This document shows, piece after piece, positions 18,424 through 30,400 of a DNA stretch of 64,000 nt. A model generated the notes under the pieces. That model did no database searches and was not told where the DNA came from. It saw nothing but the letters and a program-made list of their open reading frames with translations. A program made the translations under genes and the position numbers. Origin of the DNA: Naegleria gruberi (taxonomy: Eukaryota); assembly GCA_000004985.1 (NCBI GenBank), contig GG738848.1. One strand, written 5' to 3'. The first letter of the stretch is position 1. Each line of letters begins with the position of its first letter.

Positions 18424-21400
18424 TTATTTATTACTACTAATTTGCATACTTAAATGTCGATAAACTTCAAATAGATGGCATGTTTTGAATTCATCTGATA
18501 ATTGTAGTAACCATTCATAATCGCCTAATTTGTTTCCTTCTTGTGATTTGGCTCCTATGGCAGGAGTGATTTCAAGCATTTGTTTGAGAGGAATTTCAGA
18601 ATCGAGAGTTTCACTTGTAAAGTAGGAGAGAAGTAATTCTTTCATGGATGAAACTAGCATTGAACAATCGTCTGGAGAGAGGATATTCTTGAATTCATCG
18701 AGTTTTTGAACTAGCTCAGCAGGTAGAACCTTCTTGTACTTGTTGGCAATGGAGGAAGATTCAATAGAAGCACCTGGTGAGAGTTCATTCTCTAAGAGGG
18801 ACCACAAGGATACCAAATGGCATAACTTGACATGGACAATGATAGTATAACTCTTGGCAAGTGTTTGCTTTGTTACTTTTGGATCTACTAGAAGAATATT
18901 TTGAAGGTAGTCAATAATTGACATCTTTTCAACTTCCTCCAAATTGTTGGAACCAGAGATTGCTTGTAAGAATGAAATACACTCTTCAATTTGTCTAATG
19001 CAAGATTGGAACAAATCGAGTGAAGTCTCTCCACCTCTTAACTCTGAAACTATAGCTTGTTTCATATCTGTTGGTAATTCAACTTGTTTAATCTTGGACT
19101 TGAGCTCAGAAACTGGTCCTCCTACTTGGCCAAATCCACTTGAATATCTAGTTTCGTTAAGGAAGGTGAAATTCTCCAATTCCAATTTGATTTTCGGTTT
19201 TCCAGAAAGGTACTTGTTAACAATAAATTGTTCCACTCTTTGATAGTCAAACTTGTAAGAATTTTGCTTGTTGGTATCTTGGTCGAGTTCTGAATCAGTA
19301 ATGACAGGCATCACCTCTTCTTCAATATTAAAACTCACAAGATGATGTTTGCTAATGAAACGGCTAGAAATTTCAATTGGAGAAGATTCAGTGGACGTCT
19401 TGTTCAATAACTTGCCAGCTCTATCAATAATATCATTGTGCTTATCGACTAGGAATTGAATGAGAGCCAATGCACAAATTCCTTCATCTTGCTCATCTGG
19501 AATAGAGAAGGAAAGAGGTGTATCCTTACTCATACTAACATTCTTACACCATGCAGGCAGAGGTAAACATTGGTATCTTTCAATATATTTCCAACTGTGA
19601 TTGAATGATTTAGCCCAACCATCAAAGATCTTTTCAATAGATGCCTTCTCAGCTCCAAGTTGGAAGTGAATTGGTGACAAGGAAAGTGATGACATGAATT
19701 CTGAAAAGACATCTCTAACAGTTCTTGTTCTAGCATAGTGACGATCGATTCTTCTCGAGAAGGTATTGGTTACCAATTTTTGCCATTTCACAACATGAGG
19801 AATATATCTTGTTGGATAGAGTAAATGTTCATTTCTAATAAAGAGGCTCAAAATTGGATACTTTCTTTCTGCCTTATCTGCAATAAAGTATGATTTGAAT
19901 TGATCATAGGTAATTGGTGGCTTGATATTCCAAATTTGACTAATTGGATCAGAAAGTGGGAGAATAGGTTGTTTCAATTCTTGAGGTGCACCAGCTGAGG
20001 AAAAGAGTAGAATATTGGTTATTACATCATTGCCCTTCTTTTGGATGGAATCAAGTTGTTTGTAGTAGAGTTGATATTTCTTTGCAGCATTTTCTGTTAT
20101 CATTGTTACACATCCATTGAAGTGAGTTTCCCATCCAGATCTTCCTGCCTTTGTAGAAATGTCACGACTTGTGTATGGAAGTTTTGGATTGGTTCGTTTC
20201 TTTGTCTCCAACTGCTTGGAAGAGTAACTAAAGAATTCCAAAATATTAAACAAGAGAACACTGGCTTTCTCTTCATTTTGTCCTCCCAACAATTCACACA
20301 GAATACTCCAATCGTTCTTGATATGCCCGAGTAAGAATTCATTGAGATTGTCAACACTTGACATGGTCTTGTGGAAAACTTGTCTGTATTCCTCTTCTCT
20401 TTCTGGGAAGATTGAATTACCAACCAGTAAGAGGGAATGAATAATAAGTCTGATAATTCTGAACGATACTGGAGAAATTTCTCTTACTGTTGCAGCCAAG
20501 TCTCTTTCCTTAAAATGCTCATAAACAGCATAGCCCGTAGGTGCAATATCCTCATCCTGTTTAATCTTGTCGTTGGAGAAGTGAGGAACATGGTCAAATC
20601 CACCAATAGGTAATCCACACTCTGGACACATTGCAAATTCAGTTGGATATCCACAAGAATCGACTACATAAACATGGTTATTTGCACACTTGTACCAGGA
20701 GACAGTGCCATTATCAATTGTATTGATGACTTGTGTTCTGGCATCATCGGTAACACTTGGTAAGTATTTGTCTTTCAATGAAGATGGGTCGAACAATAAG
20801 AGCCACCAAAATTGATCTGTTACATAATTAGATAAGGCAACAGAACAAATGTGGTGAATAACGTGGACGAGTGTCAGATTTTCCAAAGTAGTATTCTCAT
20901 TAAGGAAGAAGAAACTATCCTCATTGAATGCATTGGAGGCAAACTTGATGGTCATGTGTACTTCCTTATCATCCCTCAAGACATGTTTGAGAAGGAAATT
21001 CTTGAGTTTGGTAATATCGATTGGACATGACTGAGTATTGACTTCATCCTCGGAGGTTAAAATCTTGGTGAATTTGTCCTTGTTAGAATTTTCAGAACAA
21101 TAGGACAAGTAGCACTTATCAACTACAGCAAGATAGCACAACTTCTTCAACGAATGAATATCTATTTGTTGTCCAGTATTGATGATTGCTTCTAGGGAGG
21201 CCTTGAGTTTGATAATAGACTCAGTCTTACTGTTGTAATCTCCTTGTTGTCTGAGACTCATAATCATGTCTACACAAGAGGCTAATTCTTCCAATCCATT
21301 CAACACGTGCATGAGTACATTTTGTGGAATATTGTCAGTGTACTTGAAACCTTGCAAGAGTGAAGAGACCCAAGGGAATTGTGGAGAAGCTCTAGAACGG

Positions 21401-24400
21401 AAAGTCTTGAGCAGGAATACTCTACCCTTTCTCTCAACAACTAATCTCAAAAGAACCATTTTGAGGAAGGAAAAGTTTGGTCTCTCAAATAAAGATAATA
21501 ATTGACGAGCTATTGGGCTAGATGAAATAAAATCCCTAATGGAATCACCTCTCTCCACTACTAGAATCAGTCTCTTTGAGAAGGTAGACATGGCACATCG
21601 TATTGCTGCTAGTAAATGGACATCCTTGATAATGTCTTTCCAAGAGGCAACGTCAACAAAATTGTCAGAGACAGATTCTAAAAGTTTAGATAATTGTTCT
21701 TCTGGTATGTTTTGAAGCACGGACTCATAAATAGACAAGTAGCTGATGAGTGTGCTTTGATCCAGAGATTCTGTCTTTGGACTGAGTTCTACTTTGAAAA
21801 TTTCCTTCAACTCTTCATTAACAAGTGGCTTGGTATTCTTATTGAGTAGGAGCTTTTTGAGAATGCTAACTTTGAGGTTTTGTGTTGCCTGCTTCATTAA
21901 TTGATTGAATTTTTCATTCTCTCCCTTGATAAGACCCATCAGTGCTCCAACAAGAGGTTTTTCAATGTCATCCTCTTTTCCAATTCTCCTCACAAGGAAT
22001 TTAGCTGTGAACATTTCAAAGAATCTAGTAATGTTGGTCTTTTTTCTACTTTCATCTGATTGGTTGGTTTTGTCGTTTTGAATATTATCTCCAATCTTGT
22101 TAACCAAATCTAAAAAGTATAATATCAAATCCAAACTACTTTGAGATGACAAACTCTTGGTTTTCATATTTTGCCATAAAATCATGGATATTTCCCTTAC
22201 AATACCGAGAGGAATTGCAATTTCTTGGAGGTACTCCTTGTAGAATTGAAGTTTTTGCCATTTTTCATGAATGTATCCAATATTCTTCAACATTGAACTT
22301 CTTGGGCCACCTGTCAAGTTTATAGTAGTACTGTGAATGAGAGTGATGAGTACTTCTACTGGGCTCTTAATATCTGTCAGTGTTTTGACCCAAATATTTC
22401 TTCTCTGGTTTGCAACAGTAATATCATGAGAGGTTTCAATATTTCTTGGATCCAAGTTATGATAAATAACACTAAAGAGCAGCATGTCAATCTCTTCAAT
22501 GGAAGATATTCTCAATGAAGGAACAAGAAGTTTTTGAAGGAACTTTCTCTGAAGAACAGACTTTGGGAAGGTTTCAAACAAGACATAATATGATTGAAGT
22601 CTTCTCTCCTGTCTCCAATAGAATGAAAGTATTTTAGCAATATTTGATCCTTCAGAAGGGTCTGCATCTAACATCTTTTTGATAATCTCATATTGTACCT
22701 CATTAGTTAACACTGTACACTGAACACCACAGATACACATGTAATCATAGAGGAAAAATTCAGAATATTCTCTTGGCAAGTTGTTCATGAAAGGATAGAT
22801 CATGTCAATATGCTTTTGTAAGGCCTCATAAACTCCCAATCTAGAACTTTCACATACACTTCTCCAGCTATGTAGATTTCTACAAACTTCGTAACTGAAA
22901 GGATATCTTGCTTGGAAAATTCTATTGTTATTACCATCACTCTTGACTTCTATTGGTTTCCATCTGAGTAGCTCAGCCATCGAAGATATTGTCTGTTCAT
23001 TTCGTGTTAACATGTGATTCACTGAAGGTCTCTTCAGGTCATCCAAAAGTTTAATCCACAAGTTTGTGCCTTCAGTTCTGTTGGTACTCTTGTATTCAAA
23101 GAAGAGTCTCAAATTGTCGTTTCTATCAATTTCAGCCAAAAGGAATGTAAATGATTTGATTAATATTCTCTCGACACAGTATTGAATAGCTGAGTGGTAT
23201 GTATTCACAACAAGGAAGTATTCGTTAATGTGGTTGGCTACATAGGTTGAGTAGAAGTTAATTTGATTTTGAGAAAAGTAGTCATGACAAATCTCCAAAA
23301 CCTTCTTGTTAATAACTTTCCAACATTCATCAGAATCAATGAGTTCGTTTGTTCTTGAAATTAAAAGAGTAATGTCATTAATTTTGGTATTGAATTTTCT
23401 TAGCATTGCCAGAGAGGTACGGAAGTTACTCTTAATAACTTGTCTCACATTAGTAGTTTGAATTTGTTCGGTGAATGGTCTGTTCAAAATTTCATAAATT
23501 GTAGTTTCTGTTGGTCTTATTTCATCAATAAATGCAAACTTCCATGGAATGTCAAATTCAATCAAGTGCTGACTGTTAATTGATTTTCCTGGAACAACAT
23601 TGATTAAGAGTAAAATGTTCTTTCCGACACTCTCACTAGGTGAGATACACTTTCTGTGCTTTTGGATTATAAACTTGGTTTGGTTCAAAAGGTCCAAATT
23701 CATATTTTCACATTGCAAAACAAGCAAGTGTTGTCCATTTGCTGAGGTAATTTTCTTTCCAAAGAATTGTTTTACAAGCTCTATTAATTCCATCTCTGAT
23801 TTGAGCTCAGCCATAGAAACAACAGAATGGTATTCTATGCTTGCTCCAATCTCTCTGGATGCCTGAATCAAGTTATCAATATTAATAGATACAGATGAAT
23901 AGGTAAGTAAACAAAGTTGGAAATATCCATAATAAATTAAGGAATTTGAAGACAGACCATTTTGAGATTGCTCTTGCAAAGAACCGAGCAAGAAATGAAG
24001 TAAATGAGGAAGGTCTCTGTGCTCTTGCTTTTCAAAATATGTTTTCAGATATTCCCTTGTTCTACTATTGTTGATAGAGGACATTCTAACCACAGCATCT
24101 GCAGTTGTAATCCACAATAGAGCATTCTTACAAATATCCAACAAGTAGTCATGGAGAGAAGGATCCTCAATTTGCTTGGTATCTAGTGATAAAACAAGCG
24201 ATTGAAGGAGTGATTTGTGAGTATTAACAAATGGTTTTTCATCATCACCAAAGGTTGTCTTGACCCACGATTGCAATCTACTGCACAAGTTCTTTACATT
24301 AACAGAGGCAGATTTGTCAAAGAGATCATCTCTGTGAAGTGTTTGCTTCTCAAATCTGTTGAGGAGTGGCTTGGCAAGTCGTGAGTAGGCATCGTCCTGA

Positions 24401-27400
24401 TCCACAATAACAATAACTCTAAAGTTCTTGTGAACAGAACAAATTCTACTGTATGTACCAAGTGAAATACCAACCACTCTATTCTCATCATACTCTATGT
24501 ATTGCAAATTGAACAAGTCGTAGAGACTTTCATATAATTGTTCACAATTTACCAAGACTACTGTTTTACCAGTTGACATGGCATTCTTAATTCTTTGAAT
24601 ATCCATACAAACCTGAAGTTCTTTAGTACTGTTAGGGAAGTTTGGACCAAAGACAACTTCTGCTTTATCATATGCAAGTAATTGTTTAAATTCTGAGAAG
24701 AGAATAGAGAGGGCAGCATTATTCTTTGTGAGTAGCATTAAATGTCTTGCCTTGGTATCGTTCAAATTTTCAGAAATATAATCCAACTTTGACTTCCTAT
24801 TGCTGATAATATTCATACCAACACAGGAGAAGAAGATATTCAAAACTCGAAGGAACTCTTCATTATTTGATCCTCCAAAGTTTCTGGCAAGAGCATCTGT
24901 GAGTAGCTCTGGTGAGAGTGTACCGTCAAAGTTTCTGTTAATAAACTTGACAGTGTGGTAAAAATCTCTCAATCCGAAAAAGTCCTTTCTTTGTTGACCA
25001 TTATATACATCATGGTAAGCCTTGGCCAAAGAATAGAGAGTACTGTCTAAATGCACAGAATTTACAATACCAGACAAGGTAGTTTTGAGTTCAAATGTTG
25101 AAGGTGAAGGTCTGGTCAAATAGACTGCTCTATTGATAAGGTTAGGATCCAATGTCCAGTTAGAAAGACCAATCACAGAGACAGAGCAATCCTCTTCCAA
25201 TTCCTTATTGACAACTTTGAGTGGATGGGAAGAACTATGTTCTAACAAGCCAACCTCGTTCAATAAAACTATGGCAATAGAATTTGGAGAATTCTTCTGA
25301 TATCTCTTGGCAGATTCAAAGCAACTCTTGACGCTCTCAGGTGTGGAAATTTGTGAACATTGATAAGTGAATATTTCAAGAGAAGGCAATGAGCGTAAAA
25401 AACTATTGACACTGGCTGTTCCATTGAGATTAGTGCTCAAAATCTCTAAACTCAATGACTTGGAAGAGCCACTCTTGCCATTGATGAATATTGGAATCCT
25501 ATTCAGTACACAAACAAGGGTCATGAAAATATTTTCTCGCAGAGCATGATTAAGTGCCACTCCCTTTGGAATGTTCAAGTGCATCGTGTAGTATCTTTGT
25601 TCTTCTGTGAGAGTATTGATAAAGTCACCCTTTTGATAGGAAAAGTAGGAAGCAATTTTGCTTCTTGAAGAGGTGAATAAATCTTCCAACTCCTTCACAA
25701 ATTCATCACGCTTGGAACTCAATCTGTGGTAATAACAATGTCCAAGAGAAAGTATGATAGAGTTCTTGATAATAAAGTTTGATTCCTCTAGGAAAAAGGT
25801 AGGATCAATACCATTTCTCTTTGAGAGTGATTGATAAAAGCTCTTGAATAAGTTAATGCAACGTTTAACATCTCTCAGATTCACAGCACTTCTTTCCATA
25901 TAAACCTTTCTAATGAATGATTGAGAGGCAAATATGAGCTCTGTAAAGCAATCAAAGAAGAGTCCAGACTTTCCGATATCCTCAACATTGATTTCCATGA
26001 GTAGAATGGCTCTAATGTATAACTGTTCAATAATAGGATTCAAAGAGCCAAAGTTAAATACATGATCCAAAATAGAGACAGGCATTGGATATACCTTATA
26101 GATAAGACATTGTGAAAAAACTTGAATATCCAAACCTGTGGTTCTTTGGAGGGCTCTAATATTGTCTTTCAAAATATCAGATTTTTGACCAGAGGAACCA
26201 TATTCAATGTCTGTTCCAGCATATCTTCTCAGTCTGTATGGATTACAGGAGGCAACAATCTTCAAATTTCTAGGTAGCACCTTATTATGAACACAATTGT
26301 CACAAATTAATTCTTTAAATAATCCTAAATTATTAGAGGTGTTTACCTTGTCAAAGAAGGCTATAATCTCCTTCTTTGGATTGAGTCTGGCTTCTGCAAT
26401 GAGCGGATTCAACCAATTCAAAATATCATTAGATGTGTGACCTTCATTCACAGCAAATCTCTTCAACTTTATACCAAGAACAGAGCACAAGTATTTGGTT
26501 AGTTCTGATTTACCAACACCACTATCACCACAAAGAATTGTAGGTAAATTGTATTTCATCTTGTGATAAATCATCAATACCTTGCTCAAATTATCTACAG
26601 TGAGAACGTAATTATTGCTGATTTTCTTTTCATTGGTTTCATCCTGTTTCAAGCCAGCAACATTTCTAATAATTTCTTGAGCCCTATCATGAGATAAATC
26701 TCTTGGGGTCTCCAAGTCTATACCATTACATGAAAGAGAGTATTTTAACTCTTCATTAAGTTCGAGCTTGTCAGTATTGATACCAATAAGATCAATTCCT
26801 GTTATTTCATTAATGTTACTTCTATAGAAAACAACTAGAGGATGTTGAGATGCTTGCTCCTCCCACTTGCTTAATCTATGTTCAAACATTTCGACATATT
26901 GGAGAAGTAAAATCTCAGTGTATGGTTTTCCTTCATACTTCTTAGCAAGCGAAATAATAAAGTCCTTTTCAACAGAAATAGCTGTTAAATCCCTTGCTGA
27001 CTTGATCATTAAATCAATCATGGCGTGTTTGAATAATTGCATGCTTCCTTCCATAACACAATTTTTAAAGCAAACATATCTAGAAGTGCTCAAAAATTGC
27101 CCATACAAGAATCGTACAAAATTGTTCACCACAGAGAAGGAGGCATTGTCAGGTTTGAATCCAGTGTACTTGCACAACAGCTTGAAGCAAGCTTTCAGAC
27201 TCAAGTCTGGTGCCTTTACAGGATCAAAATCTGGTACGCTAGGAGCTGCATTCTTGAATACATTCTCCTCGAAGGCTTTCAAAAATTTACAAACATATTG
27301 TACCTTATTATCATCTGTGCACATAATATCAATACTATCATCTTCCATGTTAATAAGTTCATAGTTTACCAATTCCAGACTTGATTCATCTGTAGTTATT

Positions 27401-30400
27401 TCTTCAATTGGCAAAGCAGTGCAAAAGTAAACAAATTCACTCAAAATTGGCACACAAAGACTATTTGGAATCTCGATATAGAATTGGATATTTGGAACAA
27501 TATGGAAAACACTTGCAGTTTCTCTGTCTCTAACACAACCAAGATAGAACAATTCAAATAACAAGGAATTCATGTGCTTTGGTATTATGTTACAGAGAGC
27601 AAGATGGAAAGCAATTTCTTTTCCTTGATTTTGATTTGTTGTTTTCCAGAGTAGGCCAACTATTTCTTTCACTGTTGAATCTTCTAATACAGTTACTCTA
27701 CTGTATTTCTTCTTATTCAAATAGATATCCTTCAGGATAAATCTAGACTTTCCTGCACCAGTTCTATTGGAGGTAACACATTTGACATTGGATCCTTGGT
27801 ATGATTTCATTATATTTACAATATACTTCTTTGGAAGAGTTTTGAAGGACTTGTCAACATAGTTTGAAAATTCCAACAAGAGACGAGCATTGTTGTTATC
27901 TGAACCACCAATAAGAACTAGTTTTCCAGTATTTTCCTTTTTAGAGAGGGATGAAAGAATTTCCTGTATCTTGAGAAGCATTTTAGATTGAACAATGTAT
28001 GGAAGTTCTTGAATATTGGCAATGCAATACATGTTATCACGCTTTTCTTTCACCTTGGAGTTTAACCATCTATTCAAAATCAACTCGATATCCTCCATAT
28101 CAGTGCTAAAAGAGTTGCACAGCAAAACTTCCTCACTCAAAGGAAGTCTTCCACGTAGTGAGTATAAGGAAATGATAGCATCCATAACTTCCTTCTCCTT
28201 TTGAAGTTTGATAATCTTGAAAACTCCATCAAATGTATTTAACGAATATTTAGATTGGACATTGGTTGGCAATTCATACTGCGATTTTCTATAAGAATTT
28301 TCTCTTCTAGAAAAGATGCTTTCAATAAAGGAGCATAACTTTCTCATCTTCTCTTCAGCTGCACAATCGGTAACAAAGTCCAAATTGAGAACGGTAATGC
28401 AGTTTTCAATGTCAGACAGCTCTAGGTTATGATCACCAAGTTTAAGAATGGATAACAAATCATAGATGGATGATCTCTCAGAATCTTGTTGATATTTCTT
28501 AAGTAATTCGTAGACTCTCAAAGATTCCTTTGCTCTAAAAAGATTCATATAGTAATTTCCATTCCTCGAGTTCTCTGTTATCTTCTTCCATTTTTCTAAT
28601 TTTTCTAGTAATTCAGCATGATACTTTTGAATATATTCAGGAGAACACTCTGAAGCTCTTATGGCCTTGAAGTAGTTTTCTTGGAATTCAAAGTGAGCTT
28701 GTTTGCATAAATCCAGCAAGGATGCCTTGATATCCAACATTAGAGTAATACATCTTACAAAAAGATTAATCCTAGAATTAACATCATCCAACGTTTTGAT
28801 ATTGTCTGGTATTTCGCTCAACATTAACTTATTTCTCAACTCTACAAGTCCATCAATAGTCATAACCTGTTGTTGTAAACTTAATCTTCTTATTTGGGAG
28901 GTATTCATAATTGGATGTGATGGCATAATCTTACATAGAATGACACTAGGATCAGCCAAATTAAATTCATACTGTCCTCTTTCTGTAATAGCTGCAAGAT
29001 CGTAGAGAGCCTGAACACCTCCACTTCTTGTTTTCTCTTCAAACATGCTGAGGAGAAGTGTGAAATTCTTCTTCAAGTTACTCAACTGAGACAAGTCATC
29101 ATTACTAATTTCCAACTTGGTCATTGAATTCTTAAAATTTTCCAAGCTAATAAAATTAATATTTGCATGGTCAACTTGATTCGAATAGATAAAGTCAGAA
29201 ATACAATCCCTGACAACCACCAAACTTTTCAAGGATTGTAAAATCTTTACCGAGTCAGTATAACTCTTACAAATCTCTACAAGGTTATCAAATTCAGAAT
29301 TGGATTTGTAATTTAATAGCCAGTCTATAATAGAAAATCCTGTACTATCACATAGTAATTTCATGAAGGAAAGTTGATTATCGTTAAATCCTTTAAAAAA
29401 TCTAGTAAACAAGAGTAGGTTAAAGTTACTCTTTTGGTCTTCAAACATTGCCAATGTTTGGCTTTCAAGCATACTTTGTTGATTGAGAGTGTTGGACTCT
29501 TTCTTTAATTGAATATAATCAGTGTCTTTCTTTAAATCAATAGTAAAGTACGGCTCAAAATGTTCAACTAATAAGAGAAGAGAAGGTAAATAGGATCTAT
29601 AGAGATTAATCTTTTCGAAGCTATTGATAATATTCAACCTCTTGGATACCCATTCAAGATCTTCCTTGTTAGGAGTTCTATCTGACGATTTTCCATTAAA
29701 GGTCATTCTCACACTCAGCAACTCTTCTTGATATTGGACATTAGTGCTGGATAGTAAACTGTCAACTCTATTCTCATATCTACACTTTCTCAGGATTGAA
29801 TAAAACTCGTTCAATTTGATTGAGAGAGAATCGATTGACTTGTAAAATCCCAGCCACTTATTCTTTACATCTGGAACCAACTTATTCTTGATAGAATCGA
29901 TGGTGTGTTTTTCATTATTGGAAGCTTTTGTGTAGAGATCCCTCCACAAAACAAGGAAAAACTCTGAGGTTCTCAACTCGTAGAAGAAAGCCAACTCTTC
30001 AAATCCAAATGGAATGAGCTCGGATACTTGCTTTTGAATCTTTTTAAATACCATTTCTCCCATATTTCTTCTAATTTTGATGATGGTATCTAACACTAGA
30101 CTAGTATCAAAAAAGTTTGGATCATCAGCAAACATGGTCAAGAAATTCTGGGCTGCATCAAGAGTAGTCTTGAAAGAAAGCAACTCTTGTCTCAATTGTT
30201 TTACATGAGATTCATTGAATCCAACATCTCCCATCAAGTATACCAATTTCATGAACTGAGCTTCGTGTTTCAAGACCATGTGAAGAGTTGATATGGTGCA
30301 TGTCTTGTCCAATAATTGGAACACAAGTTTGAAGTAAATGTCCATCAGGGCGGAAACTTCTGTTTGGATCTTGGTAAAGTTCTCATTGCCCGAATTCTTT